Source: Macrostomum lignano
Taxonomy: Eukaryota
NCBI GenBank assembly: GCA_002269645.1
Contig: NIVC01000365.1
Location: 372,001-436,000, forward strand
Length of the DNA stretch: 64,000 bases
Direction of reading: 5' to 3'
Part shown: positions 50,123 through 64,000 of the stretch, one piece after another
Numbering within the stretch: position 1 is the stretch's first letter
Layout of the letters: the number at the start of each line of letters is the position of its first letter
Made by a program: the position numbers and the translations under genes
Notes under the pieces: generated by a model
Databases searched by the model: none
Told to the model about the DNA's origin: nothing
The model's input: the letters and a program-made list of their open reading frames with translations, nothing else

Positions 50123-52677
50123 TCACTTGCGATTGGTGCGAAATTTCAGTGGCGGCGGCGGCGCGTTCAGGTTGATCTGCGGCAGGCGCATCAGCACCGC
50201 GGTCTGCTGGTCCTCGTATTTGCTGCAGCCGCCCACCATCTTGTCCCACCAGGTCCTCTTCACGCAGACGGGCCTGGGCAGCAGGCCGAAACAGGGCATG
50301 CGCAGGCTGTAGAAGAAATAATACAGCACGCTCCTGGCCTGCGCGTCCTTGGAGGCTTGAAGACACTTCAGGAAGCTGAAGGACGTCACGAGGGAGGCGA
50401 CGGCAAGGATGTCTTACAAATAGAAGAACGGTAAACTGGCGTTTCTTAGAAAATATTTGAAGGCTGACTGGGTAGTGTATTTCACGCTTAACCCAGTCAC
50501 TCACAAGTGACAAATCTTGTCAGCACAGAGATACGAGCTAGATTAAAGTTGTAAACAGCTCTGCACTTGCTTCCGGCGCTATTTATAGTTTGCAGTTCAA
50601 CAGACTGCATGCGATTACTGAGCAATTTTGTGTCATTGTTAACCTGCTGGCGCCCTTGGTGCTGGCGCCTCTTGGTGCTGGCGCCCCTTGGTGCTGGCGC
50701 CCCTTGGTGCTGGCGCCCCTTGGTGCTGGCGCCCCTTGGTGCTGGCGCCCCTTGGTGCTGGCGCCCCTTGGTGCTGGCGCCCCTTGGTGCTGGCGCCCCT
50801 TGGTGCTGGCGCCCCTTGGTGCTGGCGCCCCTTGGTGCTGGCGCCCCTTGGTGCTGGCGCCCCTTGGTGCTGGCGCCCCTTGGTGCTGGCGCCCCTTGGT
50901 GCTGGCGCCCCTTGGTGCTGGCGCCCCTTGGTGCTGGCGCCCCTTGGTGCTGGCGCCCCTTGGTGCTGGCGCCCCTTGGTGCTGGCGCCCCTTGGTGCTT
51001 GCTCTAATCCTCAATCAAAACCCCTGGCTACGCCCCTCCCTGACTGCAGGCCCATAAAGCTAAGTTGTGCGATAGGTAGACCATAGTTGACTAGTAACCC
51101 CCAGATTTGCAAGAGCTCACTCGGGTTAGCTCAAAGCTGAATAAGTTTTCAGCAAGTGTAATCATTAGTCATGAAGCAAAGCAGCTCTTCAAATTACAAT
51201 TGTTGTATTTACAGTCCTAGCCAAAGGAACTCAGAAGCACTCACCTGTTATCACACTCGCAGTGCGACAGCGTAAACAGGAAGGTATTTTTGAAATTGTA
51301 TTTCACCTCGCTAGGCCGAACGTACACGCCGCAGTAGTCGTGCTGGCGGCAGCATTTGTCAGTCTCGAATGCGCTGCCGAGGTCGCTGAAATTCCTCGCG
51401 ATGTTGCCTGCGGGCAGCGGCAGCGGAAACTTCTATGCATGTACATTGTACAAATCATTAAATAGCATTCCCAACCCCAGTTTTTCGAGCTATCTCTACA
51501 TGGCACGAAGTGTCAGTCTTGCTTGCTCTGTTTGCTGGCAAGCCTCAAAGCGCGGAGCATAAAACTTTTTCTTTCCTTGCCTCGTCCATTTAAACTCCCG
51601 CGTGTCTCGTCCCACTTGGCTGCTGGACTAACAGCGAAGTCAATCGATTTCGGCTGTCTATGGCTAAGAATCTACGCCTTCGAGGGGGGGGGCAGATTTT
51701 AACAGCGGGTTTTATGCCCGAGAATTTTGATCTACCGTGCCAAGCTTGGCCATAGATAAAAGAATTGAAAGTGGGCAAAGCAGGTATTTAGTACCTGTTA
51801 AGGTAAAGGAGACCAATCTTCATTCTACAAAAAGAGCGAAGTTTGTGTGAATGAGCAGGCAGACTTGGCCTTCACTTTTAAAATGTTTATAGCCTGGCAT
51901 TAGTCAAGTTCAAGTTATAGACTTGAAAACAGCCAACAAGCCGGTCTGAGGGATCCCACCGTAAACATAAAATGAGTTAATCCGACCCTGCCATGCAGTA
52001 AATTGGAATACAAATAAGAACACGTAGCAAAGCGTGGGGGCGTGACAATAAAACTGACGGGCAGGCAGGCATGGGGTGGGTGCGTTTTCCCTTGAGCGTA
52101 CTCGCCCCCAGTCGCCTCAGCCCAGATTTTAAGTGCGCCTGCACTTTATAAACCGAGAGTGTACGCCCGCTGACGCACCGGCTCACGTGATCACACTTAG
52201 TCTGAACCTTGCGAGTTAAATTTAGAAACAGGATACTCCATTGTACGGTGTACGCTGCCACTGACTTTGAGCTATAAAAACAGTGTCAGTCAGTTAAGTG
52301 CTAAAACTTCCCATGACGTAGGTGGGTCGATCCAGAAAGCCAGACGATTGTAAAAAACATTCTTAAAACTGGAATCTCGCGTGTTGAAAATCTGAGAGGG
52401 AGGGAGTTAAGTGAGGAATTGGGGACAGGCAGCACTCACCCGCTCCGCACCACTTGGTGCCGCTGTGAATAGGAAATCTCAGCCCGGAGTCGCCGCCAAA
52501 CTTCACCTCCTTGCCCTCGTAGTCGTGGAATTTCCCATCTTCCGGTAGGGGATTATCCGACAACCCGTTCTGCTGCTCACTGAAGCTTTCTGTAGGCAAT
52601 AGCAAACATAGCAGCAGTAGAAACAATAGTTGACAATTGCTAGAGCCAGACTGAGCCGACCGATGCGATGCCGGCAT
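50123..52677 (-). CDS. Group III (bee-venom type) secreted phospholipase A2, intact, 217 aa. Exons 52677-52440, 51407-51245, 50375-50123
   Basis: Signal peptide (LLFLLLLCLLLPTESFS); Ca-loop HSGTKWCGAG|NIA; catalytic TDKCCRQHDYC; TLSHCECDN.FLKCL; MPCF. Phases are consistent (654 nt). Confidence 0.92.
50646..50998. repeat. 16-bp minisatellite (ggcgccccttggtgct), about 22 units, in PLA2 intron 2
   Basis: Directly visible, nearly perfect. Confidence 0.97.
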
Positions 52678-53643
52678 TGTTGCAAGTTCAGATAAGAAGC
52701 TCTTGATTAAATAGATAGTGTAGTATTCAGTTTAGTGTCACTTTGAAAAGGTTACGCAGTGGGCCCTCCTATCGTTTTTATAGGCTAAGGGAGGAGGGGT
52801 GGTGGGGCGGAGGAGGGGTGGGGGGCCACAGGGGCCAACCGGGTGCTTCTCCCCTGCCCCCAGCCAGATTTCAGTATTCTGAATCATATTGCCGGCCCCC
52901 ATTAATTTGTAGAGGCTGTCTGCAAAGTTTCACCGATTTAGTTCTTATCTGTAGATGTTGGTGCGCTTGAACTGCTGGCGTGGCCGCTAACTAAGGGAAT
53001 GATGCGGAGCTGTCAGTCAGTTAAACACTCAGGCATTTCGTGAGCTGTCCATCAAACTTAGTGAAGTAAAAGATTTAGTGTATTGTTAAGTGTGTGTGGG
53101 CGCTAAAAATATTATCCTTTTGGAATCCGTCAGAAATCAGAATTAACGAGAAAATTCCCCATTTACACCTGGAACAATCAAACTAATTGCTCTTACAATC
53201 AGCTTAATCAATGATCCCAATTACGGGCATTCCAATGGGCCTCATGTGGTCCAGATTTAAAGATTGGCTCTATTTGATAAAGGCATTCCATGTGCTGTCT
53301 TACGTTGGGTTTTATACTATGAAATGCCAATTCACGATCTGCTTGAAATACCAAGCATTCCAAATGCGGATTGATGAAGAAAAGTGCAAACTGCAATCTG
53401 CTTTTGCAACTAATTGCTTCTTTTCTAGTTTAAATATTGAATAGATGTTTTGTAAATTATCATTATATTTGCAGCTGAACCTCTGCCTACACTTATTTTA
53501 CTAATATTTGCCATATTCATATCATGAACTCATTGTCAGCAGCTCAGTTTATTTGTATATGAGTCCCCACTCGTTGTCAGGCAGATCTTCCAGCTGGTCC
53601 ATTAATGTGAGTCGGCAGAGCTGGATCCGGGAGGCCAAGGAAA

Positions 53644-55020
<1,377 letters not shown>

Positions 55021-55324
55021 CGAAGGAATCGGCAATCGATGTAAAGCTACTGAGGTCCGATTGATCGGTAGCGCAAGCATTAGCGTGAGCTATACTTGTA
55101 TTGACGAGTGCCAGCTATATCAGGTTAACAGAAAAACTGTAGCAGTTATTGGTTTTCTCGATAATTTGCTAAATAATTTTCCGCTGAAAATCGATGGCCT
55201 TAGGAAGGAAATTGGAAATGAAATTAGGAACAGGAAATTGCCTTACTTTGTTTTTAACAAAATGGACGACTATTATAATTAATTTTGGACTTCATTTTAT
55301 TTTATTCCCACGGTCCTCACGGTC

Positions 55325-56512
55325 TCCCTCCTCCCCTGCCTCCTCCGCTGCCTCTACTGCCTCCTCCGCTGCCTCTACTGCCTCCTCCTCTGCCTCTACT
55401 GCCTCCTCCTCTGCCTCTACTGCCTCCTCCTCTGCCTCTACTGCCTCCTCTGCCTCTACTGCCTCCTCCTCTGCCTCTACTGCCTCCTCCGCTGCCTCTA
55501 CTGCCTCCTCTGCCTCCACTGCCTCCTCCTCTGCCTCTACTGCCTCCTCCGCTGCCTCTACTGCCTCCTCTGCCTCTACTGCCTCCTCCTCTGCCTCTAC
55601 TGCCTCCTCCGCTGCCTCTACTGCCTCCTCTGCCTCTACTGCCTCCTCCTCTGCCTCTACTGCCTCCTCCGCTGCCTCTACTGCCTCCTCTGCCTCTACT
55701 GCCTCCTCCCCTGCCTCTACTGCCTCCTCCGCTGCCTCTACTGCCTCCTCCGCTGCCTCCTCCCCTGCCTCCTCCGCTGCCTCTACTGCCTCCTCCCCTG
55801 CCTCCTCCGCTGCCTCCTCCGCTGCCTCCTCCGCTGCCTCTACTGCCTCCTCATCTGCCTCTACTGCCTCCTCCGCTGCCTCTACTGCCTCCTCCTCTGC
55901 CTCTACTGCCTCCTCCGCTGCCTCCTCCGCTGCCTCCTCCCCTGCCTCCTCCGCTGCCTCTACTGCCTCCTCCGCTGCCTCCTCCCCTGCCTCCTCCGCT
56001 GCCTCTACTGCCTCCTCCCCTGCCTCCTCCGCTGCCTCCTCCGCTGCCTCTACTGCCTCCTCCGCTGCCTCTACTGCCTCCTCCGCTGCCTCTACTGCCT
56101 CCTCCACTGCCTCTACTGCCTCATCCGCTGCCTCCTCCGCTGCCTCTACTGCCTCCTCCCCTGCCTCCTCCGCTGCCTCCTCCGCTGCCTCTACTGCCTC
56201 CTCCGCTGCCTCCTCCGCTGCCTCTACTGCCTCCTCCCCTGCCTCCTCCGCTGCCTCCTCCGCTGCCTCCTCCGCTGCCTCTACTGCCTCCTCCCCTGCC
56301 TCCTCCGCTGCCTCCTCCGCTGCCTCTACTGCCTCCTCCGCTGCCTCCTCCGCTGCCTCTACTGCCTCCTCCGCTGCCTCTACTGCCTCCTCCGCTGCCT
56401 CTACTGCCTCATCCGCTGCCTCCTCCGCTGCCTCCTCCGCTGCCTCTACTGCCTCCTCCACTGCCTCCTCCGCTGCCTCTACTGCCTCCTCCGCTGCCTC
56501 CTCCGCTGCCAC
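55325..56512. repeat. Triplet-phased low-complexity array of 9/12-bp blocks (gcctcctcc, gcctctact, gct)
   Basis: Directly visible; open in several frames. Confidence 0.92.
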
Positions 56513-56871
56513 TGCCACAAAGTCACAAGAAACAGCAACAATGTGTTTTTCTTTTTATTTCCATCACTCATCAGATGGTACTCATAGTAATTAGCGCAGG
56601 CTGACAAAGTTGCGCTTGTTCTTCGGCTGGTTTTTGAGCAGCTGATCAATCGGTATCGTCTGCGGTAGCTGCATGAGCCGCTCGGTTGGCTGGTCCTCGA
56701 ACTTGGCGCAGCTGCCAGAGATGAACCGCCGCATGCAGACCTGCCGCTGCACCAGAGCAAAGCAGGGCACCCGCAGCGTCACCCACAAGTAGCGGTACAT
56801 ACTGTCTGCTTGGGAATCCTTTGACGCCTTCAGGTACCGCAGGAAACTGTCGGTGAGGGAGAGCGCGATAT

Positions 56872-57300
56872 CTTTTACTGGATCTAGGTGAGATTTCTTC
56901 AGTAGGATCAAATCCCAATGGGATGTCTCCAGTAGGATCAGATCCCAGTGGGATGTCTTGAGTAGGATCAGATCCCAGTGGGATGTCTCCAGTAGGATCA
57001 GATCCCATTGGGATGTCTTCAGTAGGATCAGATCCCATTGGGATTTCTTCAGTAGGATCAGATCCCATTGGAATGTCTTCAGTAGGATCAGATCCCATTG
57101 GGATGTCTTCAGTAGGATCAGATCCCAGTGGAATTTCTTCAGTAGGATCAGATCCCATTGGAATGTCTTCAGTAGGATCAGATCCCATTGGGATGTCTTC
57201 AGTAGGATCAGATCCCAATGGGATGTCTTCAGTTAGGATCAGATCCCATTGGGATGTCTTCAGTGGGATGTCCCCAGTCAGATCAGATCCCAGTGGGATG
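56872..57300. repeat. 30-bp minisatellite (agtaggatcagatcccattgggatgtcttc) in PLA2 paralog 3 intron 2
   Basis: Directly visible. Confidence 0.95.
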
Positions 57301-57644
57301 TTTCAGAGAGCAGGTTTTCAAATGCAATCTAAGGCACTAAGGAACTCTAATTTAATGCACTACATGTATCCAGAACATCTCACACATTGTCGCACCCGCA
57401 GCGTGACAGGGTGAACCAAAAGTGATTGTAAAATTTGTACTTAGTCTCGTGGCTGTGGATCTGCACCGAGTAGTAGTCGTGCTCAGGTTGTCAAAAAACT
57501 CCTATATTACTTGAAATATAGCAACATATTTCATACTACAATATACTTCAGCAATATTTCCTGAAATATGAAGACTTGTCACGTGGGGTTGAACTTCAGG
57601 GCACCTCTTGTTCCTTATTGAGGCTCTCTTACTGAATACCCCTA

Positions 57645-57768
57645 CTCGCTATGAGGCTCTAGTGTGCACCCCTGCCCGCTATGAGGCTCTAGTGTGCACC
57701 CCTGCCCGCTATGAGGCTCTAGTGTGCACCCCTGCCGGCTATGAGGCTCTAGTGTGCACCCCTGCCAT
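57645..57768. repeat. 30-bp repeat, 4 units, in PLA2 paralog 3 intron 1
   Basis: Tandem units of gctatgaggctctagtgtgcacccctgccc. Confidence 0.9.
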
Positions 57769-58528
57769 CACGGTACTTCAAAGTGCCGAGTTTCTCACCC
57801 GCCCCGCACCACTTGGTGCCGCTGTGGATGAACAGGCTGGCATCCTTCGCCCCGGAGGCCATGCAGCGGCATGGATTAGTTATAGTAAATGATTCAATTG
57901 GTGGTGCCACTGCTATCAAGCAGAGCCTCAGTTCCACCAGCCGATCCTGCAACTAAAATGCCATTATTAATTCAAGAACCATCAGCTTTGTTAAAAAATC
58001 TACAAAGTCAAAATTTTACCCGGATGACAAAATGGCTTTTCGGAGTGGTTCAAATGATGATTATTATGTTCCAATTTTACGTTAATCTTCTATAATGGAG
58101 TATCAATAATTTTGTGGATACTTTGTCTTGAAAAGCGGTTAGTTTTCACCTCAATTTGTTAGTCAGCTTAAAGCGATTACGAATTTAATTTATTTTGTTA
58201 TTGCAATTTTTAACACAATTTTGAGACATTCATTCATCGATGATGCGAAAACTGTGTGGCTTGTTTGCTCAGTTCACTCACAAGAGCCAAGACTACTGTG
58301 AGTAGTCTAGTGCCTGAATTCTTCACTTATTAGTATACATTGCGGAAAGCTTGCTGTGGGTAAATGCGAGCGAAATCCTCCGTCTGCATCTGTTGCCAAG
58401 GAGCTCAGCTCGGGTCTCTCGGGAGCCTGTATAGGGGAATGAAAACTGCTTCTCGAATCCAGGTGCTAATGCCAGTGAACAAGCCTATGCTGATTATCAG
58501 GTGACAAAACCAGACTGGAGCTGGCAGT

Positions 58529-60033
58529 TCAGCTAATGGCGCAGGTCGAACCCCCGCTGCCGCCGCCGCTGCCGCCTCCGGAGCCGTGGCCGAGCACCTG
58601 CAGCTGGTACACCAGGCCGTTCTTGGCCAGGTACACAGTGCCGCTCCGCTCCCTGTCCGAGCACAGAGCGGTGACGCCCTCGTTGTCCTTGTGGCAGACC
58701 CGCTGGCACTCGGGCACCCAGCCCTGGCTGGAGGCCCCGGGCACCCGCCGGGTCCAGTACAGCACGTACAGCGAGCCCTCCTGGCTGGCCGCGTTCACCG
58801 TCAGCAGGCGGCCCTCGCTCAGGCCGAGCAGCTGGCTGGGCATCAGGCGTTCGAACCGCCAGGCGGACGGCTTCAGCCAGGAGTTCACCTCGCCAATTCC
58901 TTTGGGATCGTGGGAGCGCATGGAGAGCAGGAAGCCGCCGTTGCCGCCCCACTGGCCGGAGACCCACGTCTCGTTTGAGTCCCAGCAGCACGAAATCTGC
59001 GGTTGGTTGAACGGGTTAGTACAGGGATAAGTTGCCTCGTCCTGCATCAGGGACATTCTCAGAATACTACAGAGCTGCTTCTCGGACTCGGATAGAGTGA
59101 GGGAGCATCGGATCTCAAACGTTTATCAAAGGTTGCATTTTAAAGCAACTGCGATCAAGCCCTTAGAAATATGAATGACTGACCCTTGAAGTCCTCAAAC
59201 CCGCTCACCTGTTTAGGAATCTTGTCCCAATCGATGTCCAGGTGAAACAGATGCTTCAGATCGCTGCTGAGCTTCACAATCCGACTGATGGCCTTGCGCT
59301 GGCCGCAGTAGCACAGGAAGATGCCGCCAGACTGGTCGAAGTCGAAGCCGCTCACGTGACCGTCATTGTAGACCTTGTAGCTGAGCAGCTGGCCCATGGA
59401 GTTGGTCATGACCAGGCAGCCAGCGGTGAGCTCAGAGGCCTCGAGCACCAGGTTGCCGGAGGCGTACATCAGGTCGCGGGTCTGCAGGCGCACGCAGCTG
59501 ATCCGGAAGTCGCTGTAGCCGCTCGGCAGCACCCGGAAGCTGCGTCGGCAGCGCAGCCGGCCGGCGCCACCGCCGCCGCCAGACGAAGAGAAGGAGGCTG
59601 AGGATGACGCAGAGGCGGCGGTTGAGGCGGAGTTGAGCAGTTCGAACAGGTACACGAAGTAGCCGTCCGTCACAGCGAGGCAGTCGTCCTTGGCGGCCAT
59701 GCTCACCACCGGGGAGCGCACAATTGGTGCCAGGTCGCTGAGCACGGTGAGCTGCACGGGCAGGCAGAGGCTCTCGTCGAAAACGAATCGCGGCTCGTCT
59801 TTGACGTCGCAGAAGCTGAAGCCGTCGCTGCAGAGCTGCATCATCAGCTGGCTGCGCTCGTCCTGCTGGTCCTGCAGCTCCTGCAGCCGCTGCTCACTGA
59901 TGTCGTCTTCATCTTCGACACACGGCGGCGCTGCAGCTCCATCGTCATAGTCGAATCCGCTGCAGCCGCCTACGTCGCGAGAGAGTCCCAGCAGGTCGGC
60001 GCCCGCGTACGGGCAGCGGCGCGACTCTGGAAG
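58529..60033 (-). CDS. Uncharacterised protein, probably a beta-propeller fold, at least 430 aa. Exons 60033-59209 and 58996-58529; 5' end unresolved
   Basis: Two long GC3-rich exons joined in phase 0 (CAG|GTGAGC ... ccgcag|ATT). Repeated short beta-strand-like motifs (LAVTDG, VSGFDFDQSGGIFLC, LYVLYW, VTALCSD..GTVYLA). No family recognised. Confidence 0.62.
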
Positions 60034-63000
60034 CTGCGAGGTGGCAGGGAAGGGGAGAACTGACGTGCTGATTCTGGTAGCACTGATAGTTGGGTGAATT
60101 GGGGCTTGCCATGCGATTCCCCAAGGCACAGAGAAAGTCAGGGCCGCTGTACACCCTGTGTGAGCGCGTGTGAGTGCGTGCCTGTGTACTGTATTGGTGC
60201 GCTTGTCTGTGCTCAGAAGTCTCACGAGAGGAATGGGCGGAATCGCCTCAGCGCTGGTAGGGGAAGGTAGCTCGTATTTTCTATTTATACGTGCAGGTCG
60301 GTAGAAAAGGTAGTGCGTGAGCACACTTGGTGAGGCCCAGCTTAGCGGTTGAGTCCGCCTGTCGAATATTGCAATATTAATAAATCAAACTCGAGCTCCG
60401 AGTCTTCAAGTCACGAAACTGGAAATCCGTCTTCGTAGTGAATCGATCTGCTTGACTGAAGAAATTTCACACTCGTGAACATACTACTGACTTATGAGTA
60501 GCATCCGTCATCCGGCTTTTTCGGCGTGTTTCAAAACTGGCTGGCAAGTCTGATTACGCAGGGCTCCACCGCTCCGACATCAATTCGCCCTAATGAGCGG
60601 CAGTGCAGCAACGGGGGAGTTGGAAACAGGGCCTCTGCATCTCGTTGAGCCCCCCATTGTGGTACTGCAGAGAGCAGAAAACATGCAAATTTCTGCTTAT
60701 TGACAGACTCGAGAGCAACGCTTCCCGCCCCATCATCGCGGATTACGCAAGTGTCTCCTTCGATTAGCGCCGCGCGTCGGCCCGCAGCCAGTTGGCAAGT
60801 TTTAATGGACAACTCAGCGCTATCAGCTCAAAAAAGCACTTTAGCCTGTCGACATCAATTTGACTGGGGCGGAGGGCATCGGAGAGAGCTCTGTGACAGC
60901 CCGCGCACTGCTCGAACTGCGGGGGAGAGCCTCTGAAACAGTGGAGCGAACTGAGCTCGGAGTGAGTCAGCGGGAGCAGCCCAGTTCTGCCACCTCGCCT
61001 GGGCCTCGGGAGGCTCAAAATGAAATTTATGGCGAGGCACCATGGACGGATGGAGATGGAGCGGGGGCGCTGCGATCCCCCAGGGAGACGGATCTGCATG
61101 CGGCTGCCGGTGCGCTTTGTTGCGGCCGGCCGCCATATTTTCAGCATTTTTACATTTTCTGCGTCTTTCTCAGTCCGTTTTTTTGAAACCCCCAGGCGCC
61201 GCCACGCAGTGAGCAAGGAGGCGGGGGCTGATGCTGGAGGCTGGGATGCAGAATGATTCATGGCAGCGATTAGGCCGCGAGTTTCATTTTCATTTTCGCC
61301 CACTCCAGGCCGTCCGTCAGGACTCCGCGGGGGCCCTGCATCTCTAAATCTATCTTCTTTCCAGTCGGGTCACCCCCCCCCCCTCTATCTCTGGTTATTA
61401 TTTCTGGACTGAGCCTGGCTGGCCAATTTCAATTCTCCATTTTTTCGCCATCGAGCCGGCCGCCGCCGCAGCCATTTTTTGTCCCGGGAGAGACGCGGAG
61501 GGAGGCTGCGGCGGCGCGATATGATCCGGCGTGCAGTGAGCAGAGACTCAGCTGAGTTCCAGAGTAGAGCTCGGCTTAAGTACGCCTGTCTCTGGCAGCT
61601 GAGATGCCCCACAAGTAGCCGTCCCAGATCCCAGCGACTGGGACATGCCGACATTCGGGGGGAGGCAGAGCATAAATTATGACAAGGCAGCTCGAAGCGA
61701 CTTTAGTTAATCCTCAACTGAGCGTTGGGTGACTGGCCGCCTCTGCGGCTGGACTCGAGCTGCTCATAGAATGTTCAATATGACTCCGTCAGCTCGGGGA
61801 GACTTCTTGAGACTTCTTGTTTTAAAAAAAAATCTGAGCACATGAACAGCAGGGATAGAAGGACTCAGCATGTGCACTCGGTTTTCTAAGAAATGCACCG
61901 GATGCCGGTACGGAAGGCATATTTGTCATATCGCCAGTGCATTTTCCTGCTCTCAGAAATCGGATTTGTCTATGGCAGAACCCCATTTCTCAGCGCTATG
62001 TGGCCTCTAGCTCGTTTCTAAGAAAACCCACTGTAAGCGTCCTGCTACGTCAGTCTTCCATGTCTTGCCAATTATTTAAAGACATGAAAAGTACAATACC
62101 AACTCGAAGACTTGGAGAGACTGTTTCCTATATAAGCTTCATCGCGATTTCTAGCACAGGTGGCCCGAAGTTATGACCCACCTTCACTCTCCGTTCAAAG
62201 CATGGAGGGTACAAGAACGGGAGCGGTCTGGCCAACAGGCCCGCCTCGTTGTCCATGGCTGCCGGCAGCACCGCGGATTAGCCGGTCGTCATAAAGAAAG
62301 CCCGATTAATCTTGATCCGGGCCTGGGGACGCTAATGGAAAGGTCTGATATTCGTGTTCCCCCCTGAACTCCCAAGTCTAGCGGACGGCCTGCCTGCCCC
62401 AAACCTCGGATCGGGCCTTTGCTCCTGTCCCCGGGCATTCCGCCCCCCCCCGTCACTCCTATCGATTTCTCTTCGAGCCATCAAGGATATAGAAAGGAAA
62501 AATCGATCACTTACCATGGACCAACACTTGACCCCCTTAGCGCAGTTTGCAAGCAGAGAAGTCGCTCCGTTTGTCGGCAATAAGCAGCGGTTTTCACAGG
62601 CGCAGGCCAGGCGGAGCGGCTTTCGGAAGTCACGAACTGCCGGCTCAAATATTCAAATATTCCCAGTCGGGCAGTAGGAGACGGCAGCGAGAGAGCACTG
62701 CGGGCTGGGCGTCCGGGCTGCGGCCGGGCTATATGGGGGAGCGGGGGGGGGCCAAAATCGATGGGCCTCGGCTGGGCTGGCCGGATTCTGGGCAGGGGGG
62801 GGGGAGATGAGGAACGGACGCCAATCAGATGGCGCCGGTTTAATCAGGGAGAAAGAGAGACAGAGTATGTGGTGCGAGAGAAGCTCGGTCTCGCTCCGCG
62901 GCAGCAACTCGGTCAAATCTGGGCCAGCGGCAGCTCCCCAGATCCCTATTAATCTGCGGGATTGGAACTGAAAGCCCCCCCCACCCTGCCGCCCTGTTGC

Positions 63001-64000
63001 AGTGCGGAAGACGGCATGCCGGATCTTCGGTCCAATTTCTCAGATTACGCCAACGGGTGCCGAAGGGGGGGGGCGGGGCGATGCTTGGATGAGGATTTAC
63101 TTCCTAATCTTTGGGATGAAAGAGATTGCTGGTGAAGAAATGAAAGCCTTCTACAGCCAGCTTGAGCTCCTCCGGAACTGCAGGATGATTCAAATGGAAG
63201 CTGTAAACGATTCTCACCAGCCCGCGAATCAATAAAGTTCAAATGCTGTCGGGTTACATGTGTACAGGAACATGTAAAATGCTCAAAGTCTGCAGTTGAA
63301 ATACCTGAACTTTCTGGATGCCTTCGACTGGAGTCAAGTATGCTCAGACTCACAGCTAGCTCAGAGCTGCTGCCCTACCACAGCAGTTACGCTAGTGCTA
63401 ACCGCAGCCAACATTTGCTTAACTCTGCCAGTGCTGGCGGTGAATTCTCTTAACCAGTAGGCTAGCGACCCCTCACAAGCGAACCTGCAGAGAGTTGAAT
63501 TTTAACGATATCTACTTGTGCAGAAGCCCGTCGGTTGCATTGGGCCAAGGCTGATTAAATGTCTACAATATACTTCATTGCGCTGCTGCCGAATCGATCT
63601 GGGAATTCGCTGCCGCCGCTGCCGCCGCTGCCGCCACTACCCAGTCGACCCGAAACTCGGGCAAAACACTGAGAGAGGGGGAGAGAGAGCTGAGAGCGGT
63701 CCTGGGCTGGGGGGGGGGTTGAGATGGTCTGAGCAAGAAAGCGAGGGCTGACAGGCGCGGCTAAAATAAGATTTACGATCAACCGCCAAGACGCCTCCGA
63801 CTCGCCGACGGCTCCTTAGGAGAACTGCTCGATTACTTTGGGCTGAGTAAAGTGATGTTGCATAATAAACTCCATAAACTCTGCCATTCCCTACTGGCTG
63901 CATTCAACCTTTAGCATTGACTTATAGCATTGAGTGAGTGTAAACATTATTATTCGCGTTCACAACACTTTTAGAAACCAGTAAAATACATGCGTACGAG

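Larger units (their letters stand above)
56591..57862 (-). pseudogene. PLA2-like paralog 3, disrupted. Exons about 57862-57799, 57560-57384, 56846-56591
   Basis: HSGTKWCGAG|GNIAE, then an in-frame TAG and a frameshift (exon 2 is 177 nt, out of phase). CCxxHDxC is reduced to *QPEHDYY; SHC becomes SRC; FLKCL becomes FLRYL. Exon 3 is clearly paralogous to gene 1 (ASKDSQA..LRVPCF..VC..GSCAKFEDQ). Confidence 0.78.

Noticed and set aside
53208-53396. ORF LECLVFQADRELAF...MECLYQIEP as exon 3 of PLA2 paralog 2
   Set aside because: Cys spacing is only loosely PLA2-like and I found no convincing donor in exon 2 to connect to it.
60300-64000. Numerous short ORFs and small hairpins in the GC-rich right end
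   Set aside because: No domain similarity or consistent splice chain recognised. It is probably promoter, 5' UTR or intron sequence plus decayed repeats.

Overview
Eukaryotic (animal) genomic DNA with spliceosomal GT-AG introns, GC-rich Ala/Gln-rich exons and many locus-private mini/microsatellites. This style suggests a free-living flatworm such as Macrostomum lignano (inference from style only). All exon models were read by hand and checked for splice phase. From left to right: (1) A near-identical tandem duplication of about 6.7 kb (window start to 12379) contains MRPL43, the 5' part of an FBXO47-like F-box gene and the 3' part of an HMG-box gene. Its breakpoint at 5586/5587 joins the two genes in frame into a putative FBXO47::HMG chimera of about 850 aa, which is the top finding. 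(2) A complete TEAD/scalloped gene whose second 5' splice site is tandemly quintuplicated. (3) A transposon cluster with two TA-flanked Tc1/IS630-like TIR derivatives and a Crypton fragment, followed by a 4-kb CpG desert. (4) A divergent ionotropic glutamate receptor-like gene. (5) A LINE fragment abutting a decayed DIRS-type tyrosine-recombinase retrotransposon. (6) A flatworm-type sulfotransferase. (7) A claudin/PMP22-like tetraspan gene. (8) Three tandem group III secreted PLA2 genes: one intact, one His-to-Gln with an exon-born minisatellite, one pseudogene. (9) An unassigned beta-propeller-like gene. No rRNA, tRNA or CRISPR array is supported. Most long ORFs in the track that lie over repeats are artefacts.
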